A stretch of 64,000 nucleotides of DNA from the NCBI GenBank assembly GCA_037305845.1, contig CP147778.1, forward strand, positions 544,001 to 608,000, written 5' to 3'. The notes beneath the pieces were generated by a model. It was not told the origin of the DNA. It made no database searches and saw only the letters and a list, made by a program, of their open reading frames with translations. How positions within the stretch are numbered: position 1 is the stretch's first letter; each line of letters begins with the position of its first letter. Below are positions 52,087 through 60,788 of the stretch, one piece after another. The position numbers and the translations under genes are program-made. Source of the stretch: Candidatus Freyarchaeum deiterrae. GTDB taxonomy: Archaea > Asgardarchaeota > Jordiarchaeia > Jordiarchaeales > Jordiarchaeaceae.

Positions 52087-53399
52087 CTCGTCAGAATTGC
52101 CACAGCTATGGCGGTTCCTGTTCCTGCATGGCTGTGAAGCAAACCGGTTTCCGCCTCGGCAACCTGAGTTTTGCCACCCAAATGTTTTTCAGGAATCATC
52201 TGTTTCAATTGCCACAAGAGCTCCACACACTGCCCTATGGCTGTGGAACCCACTGGGTGACCCATGCCTTCCAGTCCTCCGCTGGGGTTGACAGCAACCT
52301 CACTGTCTACGTACACCTGGCCCTCTCGGATTAGTTTTCTTCCTTCCCCAACATTGCAAAGCATTAAATCTTCGTAGGTTTGTAGCTCACTGATATCGTA
52401 GGCATCATGAATCTCGATTACATCTAGCTCGTGAAGTGGATCGGATATTCCCGCCATCTTGTAGGCTGTTTTTGCAGCCATCTTACAAGCACCAAAATTG
52501 GACATCTCAGGATAAGGCTCTCTAGGTTTTATAGCGTAGTCCGGGTACTGTTTCTTGGAATCCCTGTTTACAGCCGCCCAGTTAGGGCTATCCACCCTAT
52601 CTCCCGGTCTCATGAAATCTGTACCCAAGCTTATACCGTCAATCCAAACCGGCTCATCGGTGTAGTTTCCAGCGACGTCCTCCGAGGCCAGGACTACACA
52701 GGAAGCCCCTTCAGTTAAGAGGCAACAATCCATAGTTTTCAGTGGCCAAGCTAAGAGTCTTGAGTTAAGCACATCGTCAACCGAGATTTCTTTTCCTCCA
52801 TTTTCCTGTGGCCACTGGGCGTAGGGGTTGTCTAGTGAGTAGTTTTTGTTCTTTACCGCTATAAGGGCAAAGTCTTCCTCGGTATCACCGTAAAGGTACA
52901 TGTGTCTTGCTGCCATGGCAGCGTAGTATCCGGTGTAGTATCCGCCGGCGGGGAATTCGAAATCGGTGTCTGAGGCTAGGGCTATGAATTCATTTGCTTT
53001 GGCTGTACCAACTTCTCCCTGCTTTTCAACTCCGGTTACTAAACACACCTCGGAGAGGCCAGATGCGACTAGTGCAAAACCCGCACGTATAGCTGCGAGT
53101 GGTCCCGCTCCTCCGTCTTCAACTCTGAAGACTGGTTTTGGTGTTAAACCTAGGTAGTCATTTATTGTCCATGACATGGCTAACTGCTGCTCAAAGTGAT
53201 CAGCGAAATATGAGCATACATGGTTATCAATATCTCTTATGGTCAGGTCTGGGCAATCGTTAAGGGCTTCCTTGAAGGCTTCCGCAACCATTTCTTCCTG
53301 ATTCTCGTATCTGGGCCGCGCATATCTTGAAATACCACCAGTAATTATAGCAACGTTTCTCATCATATTCGGAACAAACATACTGCACAAAGTTTTCAC
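52083..53399 (-). CDS. Thiolase-superfamily protein (SCP2-thiolase type) lacking the nucleophilic Cys
   Basis: RVEDGGAGPLAA, GVEK, KN....NPYAQ, DCC, EIHDAY, NPSGG...GHPVGSTA. Confidence 0.88.
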   Translation of the reverse strand: MKTLCSMFVPNMMRNVAIITGGISRYARPRYENQEEMVAEAFKEALNDCPDLTIRDIDNHVCSYFADHFEQQLAMSWTINDYLGLTPKPVFRVEDGGAGPLAAIRAGFALVASGLSEVCLVTGVEKQGEVGTAKANEFIALASDTDFEFPAGGYYTGYYAAMAARHMYLYGDTEEDFALIAVKNKNYSLDNPYAQWPQENGGKEISVDDVLNSRLLAWPLKTMDCCLLTEGASCVVLASEDVAGNYTDEPVWIDGISLGTDFMRPGDRVDSPNWAAVNRDSKKQYPDYAIKPREPYPEMSNFGACKMAAKTAYKMAGISDPLHELDVIEIHDAYDISELQTYEDLMLCNVGEGRKLIREGQVYVDSEVAVNPSGGLEGMGHPVGSTAIGQCVELLWQLKQMIPEKHLGGKTQVAEAETGLLHSHAGTGTAIAVAILTR

Positions 53400-53619
53400 C
53401 TTCTTCCTGCAAGATAATGTTGGCTATTAATTTGAGAGCAATTTAACTTTATAAAAAGGTTACTGAACGATTAGGAGCAGCGTAACTTGAACACATTTTT
53501 ATTGGTTAAGGGCTAGCGAATCAAGTGTTTTAGTAGATAAGCAGCAATTTGTTGTGATTCAAAACATTTAATTTTGAGCAATCGTACAAATCAGTATTCA
53601 CTGTTAGAGGAATGAGTCT

Positions 53620-54216
53620 TTGGCGGAGATAATTGCCTGCGTGCGAGAAACGGATGGTGGATACGAAGTTTTCCCTATGGCAAGGAGGGAAGCCCACAGG
53701 AAGAACGTTGAACATCTTGTTGTTAGGATTCTGGGTTTTAATAGAGATGGAATGCTCCTGGTTCAGAAGAGGTCCCTCACAAAGAAAAGCCACCCCGGAA
53801 TGTACACAGACAGCGCCAGTGGACATGTTCTTTACGAGGAGAATTTCAGTTTCGAATCCATTATTAAAAGCGCGGAGAGGGAACTCTGGGAAGAAATGGG
53901 AGTAAAAGGAGTGCTAAAGCCCTACCTAGACAAGAAATTCGATGCAGAAGACTTAGAACTAAACTATGTTTTCCTCGCGCTCATAAAGGGACAAACCAAA
54001 TTCAACGAGGAGGTAGACGCTGAAAAAAGTGGGTTCAAAACCGTGGATCAGTTGAGAGAGATGCTCAAAAAAGAGAAATTCGTTGAGTTTGCAAAAGAAC
54101 TGTGGGAAAAGTTCCTAGTGGAATACCCCACAACCGAAGCGGTGAAAAGTCTAGCAGAAACAATGGAACATTACCACCAAAAGAAACCAAAAACTGACCA
54201 CTTAAACCACATTTAG
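53620..54216 (+). CDS. NUDIX hydrolase (IDI-1/YfcD-like)
   Basis: H.VV..FN..G.LLVQKRS..K..HPG..DSASGHV...SAERELWEEMG. Confidence 0.82.
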   Translation: MAEIIACVRETDGGYEVFPMARREAHRKNVEHLVVRILGFNRDGMLLVQKRSLTKKSHPGMYTDSASGHVLYEENFSFESIIKSAERELWEEMGVKGVLKPYLDKKFDAEDLELNYVFLALIKGQTKFNEEVDAEKSGFKTVDQLREMLKKEKFVEFAKELWEKFLVEYPTTEAVKSLAETMEHYHQKKPKTDHLNHI

Positions 54217-54607
54217 AATTGAACGTAGAAAGGGAAAACAACCCTGTTTCGATGGTTCATATTTAATTTACACGAATTATTTGGTAATGGAGAAAATGGA
54301 AAACTTCGCAAAAGCTGCATAAATACTTATATTGGCGGGTTTAGCGATTTTTGGTCTTATGTTTCTAATTATAAAAAATCCAATTTCAGATATCGGAATT
54401 ATTTTAGTTTTTGTAACCGCACTACTTTGAACAATTGGTTTTACACATTTTAGAAGAAGAAGAAGAAAATCGTGGGGACAATAACGTAATTAAATTTCTT
54501 GTTGAAAAGCAATGCTTCCCCTTTGATTGGGTCAAATTTTTGGTAATGAGTGAAGGGAAAAACGTTTAATTGATGAAAAGTTAGTGTTATAAAAGGGTTG
54601 ATTTAAA

Positions 54608-55084
54608 ATGTCAGAACCAGAGACTGTAGATTTGGTTATTGATCATAAGTTGAAGCGTGTTACGCCAGAAATGATTGACTGGTGGTGGGGCACTATCTCC
54701 AACACAGAGCGCTACAAGTTGTGGCACCCAAAGGCTCACAAGTTGTTTGAATCGGAAGGCGATCTCATTTTTCGCGTTGAGGAGGAAATTGGTGGAAATC
54801 TCATAAAGACGCGTACTCGCCCAGAAACTCCAAGTTCAATACCTGTACCTACAACCTACAGCCACGTCTTCGCGATGAGTGTCCTTGACGATAACAACAA
54901 ACCACAGAGCTGGATCGTGCATGAATACGAGGCAATGCCGAACGGAACGCGAATGCGCTCGACATTTCGATTACCTAAAGGGGTTCCTCCAATTTTTACC
55001 GAAAGCTTGCGCAAGCATAATCAAGAAGAGATGACGCATTTAGCTAAAATTCTTCCAGAACTGTACAAGAAAGAGAACAAGTAA
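54608..55084 (+). CDS. DAPG hydrolase (PhlG)-like protein
   Basis: VTPEMIDWWW...ERYKLWHP..H, EEIGG, GTRMRSTF, H..EEMTHLA..LPELY. Confidence 0.75.
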   Translation: MSEPETVDLVIDHKLKRVTPEMIDWWWGTISNTERYKLWHPKAHKLFESEGDLIFRVEEEIGGNLIKTRTRPETPSSIPVPTTYSHVFAMSVLDDNNKPQSWIVHEYEAMPNGTRMRSTFRLPKGVPPIFTESLRKHNQEEMTHLAKILPELYKKENK

Positions 55085-55151
55085 TTAATTGACCTTCTGA
55101 TGCCTACTATATCAAAGACAGTCAGCCATAAAAACCAAGTTTTTTTTTTCC

Positions 55152-55275
55152 TTTAAATAGACACGTGTCTATATGTGGCGAGTCTGGGTATCCACTGGAG
55201 GCGACAAGTTCCCCAAAGGGTGTGAAGTCCAAGGGAATCATAGATTTATGTCTGCTTGACCCGATACCCTGAGTT
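55152..55275 (+). ncRNA. Candidate small structured RNA with its own TATA box and a 16-bp palindrome
   Basis: TTTAAATA at 55152; perfect palindrome ATAGACACGTGTCTAT 55157..55172; nested stems GGGTATC/GATACCC, AGGC-GACA/TGTC-TGCTT and GTTCCC/GGGAAT. Confidence 0.35.
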
Positions 55276-55764
55276 TTAAAATATTTTCTGCATCAAGTGT
55301 ACGTCTAAGAGCTTTCCAAACTTGCGTCCCACTTCTCTCATAGTTCCTATATGCGTAAACCCCAGAATTTCAAATAAATGAATGCTTGCTTTATTATTTT
55401 CTTCAATTCTAGCAATGACTGTGTGAAGCCCAGCATTGCCTCCTTTACGCAAAATAGCTTCAGTTAGCTTTTTACCAATACCCTTTCCTCTATATCTTTC
55501 CCTAACATACAGTGATATTTCTGCAGTGTCAGAATAAGCGCATCGGTCTGACCACATGCTTAAAGACGCCCACCCAATAATTAAGCCATTATCCTCTGCA
55601 ACTATTAAGGGAAATCTGGAATTATGATTGCCAAACCAGACTTTTTGTTCCTCTACTGTTTTGGGTTGAGTATCAAACGTCGCAACTGTATTAAGGATAG
55701 CATCATTATATATTTCGGTAATTGCGGAGAGGTCATCTATTTTTGCATCTCTTATTTTTAACAC
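55276..55764 (-). CDS. GNAT N-acetyltransferase (phosphinothricin/methionine sulfoximine type)
   Basis: IYNDAILNTVATFD, AEISLYV..YRGKGIG, NKASIHLF..GF, VGRKFGKLLDV. Confidence 0.9.
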   Translation of the reverse strand: MLKIRDAKIDDLSAITEIYNDAILNTVATFDTQPKTVEEQKVWFGNHNSRFPLIVAEDNGLIIGWASLSMWSDRCAYSDTAEISLYVRERYRGKGIGKKLTEAILRKGGNAGLHTVIARIEENNKASIHLFEILGFTHIGTMREVGRKFGKLLDVHLMQKIF

Positions 55765-55906
55765 ATCTAATCACACCAGTCAGAAAATCCAGCCAAGAAC
55801 TCTGAAACAATAACCTTTTTAACAATTTACCCTAATAGTATAAGTCACTTATGATGCTTCTACTCTAAACATAAACAATCATACAAAAATAGAATAATAG
55901 GTAAGA

Positions 55907-58900
55907 ATGATGAAGAGCATTTTGAGAAACAAGAAAACCTTAAGGATAGCAGTAGTTTTAGCAGCAGTCCTACTCTCCACAACAATCCTCGCGGCTACCA
56001 CAATCCAAAACCAGAACCAAAACGCTAATCCCCTAATCAGCGTATATATGCAGGGCATCCCCCAGAGCCCTAATGCAGTCATTCAACCCAAGCAGGACAT
56101 CGGGGTTAACTGGGATTTTTCAGGAAACCAGTCTGAATCGATAAATGTTACGGCTGACAACATAGTGATAAACGGACACGGATACTACCTGCTGGGCTCC
56201 GGATCCGGAAACGGCTTCAGATTAACAGGCAGGCACAACGTAACCATCATAAACGTCCAAGTCACAGGATGGAGTACTGGCTTCCGGTTAGACTCCGGTT
56301 CCAACAACAATAATTTTACAAATAACACAGCAAACAATAACACTCAATACGGATTCTACCTGGACTCCGGCTCCAACAACAACACACTCTCGAATAACAC
56401 AGCAAACAATAACACTAACAACTCAGGCTTCTACCTGTACAACAGCTCCAACAATACTCTTTCAGGTAACACAGCAAACAACAACACCAAGGAATTCGGC
56501 TTCGTCTTATACTCCAGCTCCAACAATACTCTTTCAGGTAACACAGCAAACAACAACCTATACGGCTTCGACCTATACTCCAGCTCCAACAATACTCTTT
56601 CAGGTAACACAGCAAACAACAACACCAACACAGGCTTCAGCCTAGGCTCCAGCTCCAACAACAATAATTTTACGAATAACACCGCAAACAAAAACACCAA
56701 AAACTGTGGCTTCGTCATATCCGACAGCTCCAACAATACATTTACGGGCAATAACACAGCAAACAACAACGTCTTCGGCTTCGAAATAGTCGGGAGTTCT
56801 AACAACAACACTTTTTCGGGTAACACTGCAAACAACAACAGTAACGCAGTCAACAACGGCGCCGGTTTCTTACTAGGCTCCAGCTTGAACAACAATACTC
56901 TTTCCAATAACAACGCAACTAACAACGACCACGGCTTCTGGCTAGATTCCGGTTCGAATAACAATACTCTTTCGGCTAACAATGCGAACAACAACAGTTA
57001 CGGCTTCTACCTAATCTCCAGCGCGAACAACACTCTTACGAGTAATAACACCGCAAACAACAACATTTACGGCTTCTACCTAATCTCCAACTCGAACAAC
57101 AATATTCTTTCGGGTAACACAGCAAACAACAACAGTTACGGCTTCTATCTAGAATCCAGCTCAAATAAGAACAATCTTACAAGTAACACCGCAAAATACA
57201 ACACCTACGGTTTCTACCTGAACAGCAGCTCAAACAACAATACTCTTTCGGGTAACAACGCAACCAACAACCAACACGGCTTCTGGTTGTACTCTAGCTC
57301 AAACAACACATTTACGGGCAACAACGCAACCAACAACAACAATGAAGGCTTCCACCTAGAGTCCGGTTCCAACAACAACACTCTCTCTGGTAACACAGCA
57401 AACAATAACACCATGCACTCAGGCTTCTACATTTACTCCAGCTCAAACAATACTTTTTCAGGTAACACAGCAAACAACAACACCAACGAAGCCGGCTTCT
57501 ACATTTACTCCAGCTCAAACAACAACAATTTTACAGGTAACACAGCAAACAACAACTACTACGGCTTCTGGTTGTACTCTAGCTCATACAACACATTTAC
57601 GGGCAACAACGCAACCAGCAACAACAACACAGGCTTCAGTCTAGGCTCCAGTTCAAACAATAACAATTTTACAGGTAACAACGCAACCAGCTACAACAAC
57701 ACAGGCTTCAGCCTGTCCTCCAGCTCAAACAACAATCTTACAGGTAACACGGCAAACAACAACAATGATGGCTTCGAAATAGTCGGGAGTTCAAACAACA
57801 ATGCCCTTACGGGTAACACGGCAAACAATTGCCAAAATAACGGCTTCTACATTTACTCCAGCTCAAACAACACTCTTTCAGGTAACACGGCAAACAGCAG
57901 CAACAACACAGGCTTCTACCTATTCTCCAGCTCAAATAATAATACTCTTACGGGTAACATAGCAAACAACGATGCAGGGTACGGCTTCTATGTAACCTCC
58001 AGCTCAAATAATACTTTTACAAATAACACAGCAAACAACGTTAACAATGGTTTCGGCTTCTGGCTGATCCATAGTTCGTACAATAATCTCACAAATAACA
58101 CAGCAAATTACAATAATATATGCGGTTTCGACCTGTACTACAGCTCTCACAATAATCTTTCGGGTAACAACGCAAACAACAACTCTCAATACGGCTTCTT
58201 ATTAGCCACCAACTCAAAAAACAATATTCTTACGGGTAACAACGCAAACAACAACGGCGACGGCTTCAGCCTAGGCGATAACTCGAACAACAACGATCTT
58301 ACAGTTAACACAGCAGACAACAACACCCAAAACGGCTTCTACCTACAATACTGCCCGTACAACAATCTTACGGGTAACACCGCAAACAACAACTCTCAAT
58401 TCGGCTTCTGGTTGTACTCTAGCTCATACAACACATTTACGGGCAACAACGCAACCAGCAACAACAACACAGGCTTCAGCCTGTCCTCCAGCTCAAACAA
58501 CAACAATTTTACAGGTAACACAGCAACCAGCAACAACAACACAGGCTTCAGCCTGTCCTCCAGCTCAAACAACAATCTTACAGGTAACACGGCAAACAAC
58601 AGCGACTTCGGCTTCGAAATAGTAGGGAGTTCGAACAACAATATCCTTATGAGTAACACGGCAAACAACAATAACGAAGGCTTCTACCTAACCAGCAGCT
58701 CGAACAACACTCTTACGAGTAACAATGCAACTAACACCATTAACTTCGGCTTCTACCTAGTCAGCAGTTTGAACAACACTCTTACGAGTAACAATGCAAC
58801 TAACACCAACGGCTACGGCTATATCCTGTGGAATAGCTCGTACAATATTCTTTCGATTAACGCCGCTATAAACAACAACGACACCGGCTTCTATTTGGTT

Positions 58901-59776
58901 GGGAATTCTACTGTTAATACTCTTACGAGTAACAATGCAAACAACAACACAGGCAACGGCTTCTACCTAGATGTCAGCTCGAACAACAATACTCTTACTG
59001 GTAACAACGCAAACAACAACTCTCAATACGGCTTCAGACTATCCTCCAGTTCGAACAACACTCTTACAGGTAACACAGCAAACAACAACGGCCTCGGCGG
59101 CTTCTACATAGACCCCAGCTCAAACAACACTCTCTCAAATAACAACGCAACTAACAACTACTACGGCTTCTACCTGTACAACAGCTCAAACAACACTCTC
59201 TCAAATAACAACGCAACTAACAACTACTACGGCTTCTATTTGAGTGGGAATTCTACGGGTAATAGCATAGTAAACAGCACTGCTTTAAACAATATTAATG
59301 GAGTATACGACTGGTCTACTTGTACAGGCGTCAATGATTTGGATTATTATCTATGTGTGAATGTTACGGGTGTTTCGGGTTCCCCGCTGTCTGGCGCGGA
59401 TGTTGAGGTTTTGAGCAATGCAACGGTTGTGTACACTACTACAACTGGCTCGAATGGTCTCACCTCTTGGATCGCTGTCCCCTATCAGACGTTCACGGCA
59501 AATGGCACGATGACTAATAACACTATCACTGTTACTGTGCAGTATTCCGTTTCAAACATTTCGAGAACGGTAGACATGTCCTCGTCGCATATGGAAACAT
59601 TCCAGTTCACACAGGTGGCTGGGCCGTCTTCAATGCTTCCTGTGATGCTGTTGCTTTTGGCTGGTGAGCAGAGTGGTGTTAGTCCTATGGTTTACGGTGC
59701 TGTGGGCATTGCCGTTGTGGTGGGTGTGGTTCTTGTTGCTGGTTTGGTCTACTACTTCCGAAGAATGAACGCTTAA
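55907..59776 (+). CDS. Large Asn/Ser-rich right-handed beta-helix (NosD/CASH-like) cell-surface protein
   Basis: N-terminal signal peptide; roughly 45 repeats of GFxLxxSSNNTLxGNTANNN; C-terminal TM anchor followed by YYFRR. Confidence 0.9.
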   Translation: MMKSILRNKKTLRIAVVLAAVLLSTTILAATTIQNQNQNANPLISVYMQGIPQSPNAVIQPKQDIGVNWDFSGNQSESINVTADNIVINGHGYYLLGSGSGNGFRLTGRHNVTIINVQVTGWSTGFRLDSGSNNNNFTNNTANNNTQYGFYLDSGSNNNTLSNNTANNNTNNSGFYLYNSSNNTLSGNTANNNTKEFGFVLYSSSNNTLSGNTANNNLYGFDLYSSSNNTLSGNTANNNTNTGFSLGSSSNNNNFTNNTANKNTKNCGFVISDSSNNTFTGNNTANNNVFGFEIVGSSNNNTFSGNTANNNSNAVNNGAGFLLGSSLNNNTLSNNNATNNDHGFWLDSGSNNNTLSANNANNNSYGFYLISSANNTLTSNNTANNNIYGFYLISNSNNNILSGNTANNNSYGFYLESSSNKNNLTSNTAKYNTYGFYLNSSSNNNTLSGNNATNNQHGFWLYSSSNNTFTGNNATNNNNEGFHLESGSNNNTLSGNTANNNTMHSGFYIYSSSNNTFSGNTANNNTNEAGFYIYSSSNNNNFTGNTANNNYYGFWLYSSSYNTFTGNNATSNNNTGFSLGSSSNNNNFTGNNATSYNNTGFSLSSSSNNNLTGNTANNNNDGFEIVGSSNNNALTGNTANNCQNNGFYIYSSSNNTLSGNTANSSNNTGFYLFSSSNNNTLTGNIANNDAGYGFYVTSSSNNTFTNNTANNVNNGFGFWLIHSSYNNLTNNTANYNNICGFDLYYSSHNNLSGNNANNNSQYGFLLATNSKNNILTGNNANNNGDGFSLGDNSNNNDLTVNTADNNTQNGFYLQYCPYNNLTGNTANNNSQFGFWLYSSSYNTFTGNNATSNNNTGFSLSSSSNNNNFTGNTATSNNNTGFSLSSSSNNNLTGNTANNSDFGFEIVGSSNNNILMSNTANNNNEGFYLTSSSNNTLTSNNATNTINFGFYLVSSLNNTLTSNNATNTNGYGYILWNSSYNILSINAAINNNDTGFYLVGNSTVNTLTSNNANNNTGNGFYLDVSSNNNTLTGNNANNNSQYGFRLSSSSNNTLTGNTANNNGLGGFYIDPSSNNTLSNNNATNNYYGFYLYNSSNNTLSNNNATNNYYGFYLSGNSTGNSIVNSTALNNINGVYDWSTCTGVNDLDYYLCVNVTGVSGSPLSGADVEVLSNATVVYTTTTGSNGLTSWIAVPYQTFTANGTMTNNTITVTVQYSVSNISRTVDMSSSHMETFQFTQVAGPSSMLPVMLLLLAGEQSGVSPMVYGAVGIAVVVGVVLVAGLVYYFRRMNA
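56270..59270 (+). repeat. Intragenic array of about 66-72-nt repeats
   Basis: Recurrent ggcttc...ctccagctc(a/c)aacaa...ggtaacacagcaaacaacaac; includes near-identical multi-unit duplications. Confidence 0.9.
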
Positions 59777-59780
59777 AATA

Positions 59781-59839
59781 GGGGCTAGAGGACTTTTGAC
59801 CGATTATTCGGCAGTCTTGCCCTCGGCTCTTCTTTTTTT
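59781..59839 (+). terminator. GC hairpin followed by a T-tract
   Basis: GGGGC.AGAGGACT..TG.CCGA-loop-TCGG.CAGTC...CCTC.GCTCT followed by TCTTTTTTT. Confidence 0.6.
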
Positions 59840-59926
59840 GTAGCCTTTATCTTAATCCTTAAATATCGCGAATACTATAGTAATACTATAAAATCCCCAA
59901 AAAACAGTGTGAGTGAGATGTAAAGT

Positions 59927-60385
59927 ATGGCTGACGAATATGTAGATGTCTTCACATGCATAGAATGTAGGAATCCCAGAGTGGCAACGGATTCTAAGGT
60001 GAGAAAGGACTTCGCCATAATTTCAGGAAAATGCCTCAAAGGACACCCCTTCGACCTGAAACTTCCAATGGATCAGGAGCACAAGTGGATCGGTTATCTC
60101 AGAAACAGCATATACAAGTGCAGATGCGGAATGCCCCTAGAGGACGTCAAGATAAAGGAAGGAGAAAAGGAAACCCTGCTCACGCTCAAGTGTACAAAAC
60201 ACACTCAGACAAGAAATGTAGACACGGTACTCTGGCACACCATCTCTGCTGACAAAGACACACAAAAAGCTATGCAACACGACGAAGAATTGGAACTGGA
60301 CTCGTACATAAACAATTTAGAAGCAAAAAAAATCGATAAAGCCGGCAGGAAAGAGGAGCAATCGTCACCGCAAAAGTGGCCATAA
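59927..60385 (+). CDS. Small Zn-binding protein with two Cys/His repeats
   Basis: FTCIEC...KCLKGH, then YKCRCG...KCTKH. Confidence 0.65.
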   Translation: MADEYVDVFTCIECRNPRVATDSKVRKDFAIISGKCLKGHPFDLKLPMDQEHKWIGYLRNSIYKCRCGMPLEDVKIKEGEKETLLTLKCTKHTQTRNVDTVLWHTISADKDTQKAMQHDEELELDSYINNLEAKKIDKAGRKEEQSSPQKWP

Positions 60386-60788
60386 TAGTAAACGTGGATA
60401 TACGGCGTCCCATAAAACTACATTCAATCCTTTAGAAGGATTAATTCTTAAATAAAATCAGAGAAAAATTAAGGAGAAAGCCAAAATCCAAACAAGAATT
60501 AATCCATATTCTTTCATATCTTTTTATCAGGTAGTATCAATAATAGAAAACCATCTAAAAATTTTAAAAGCTAAGAATTCTCCTGCCAAATCTTTCATTC
60601 AATTCTTGCATCAGGATTTGAGCAATTATTTTTTATCTTCTTTTATCGCATTTTCTCCACTTAGCCCGAAATATCAGAACAGAAATTTATATGCTGGGCC
60701 TAAAAATACTCGAAACGGAGCCTAAAACCGCGCAAAGCTCTTTTTTGGGAAAATTCAATTTTTGAGGCTATATTTTTATATAGATTAA

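Noticed and set aside
53620-54216. Type 1 IPP isomerase (idi)
   Set aside because: It lacks the catalytic Cys of the NxxCxHP motif (has DSASGHV), so it is kept as a generic NUDIX hydrolase.
56415-58671. Antisense ORFs here and over most large genes
   Set aside because: Shadow ORFs arising from codon bias and repeats on the coding strand.
56270-59270. AAC-rich repeats as a DGR template/variable region or a CRISPR array
   Set aside because: They are in-frame beta-helix coding repeats. There is no reverse transcriptase or cas gene in the window, no unique spacers, and differences are not confined to adenines.
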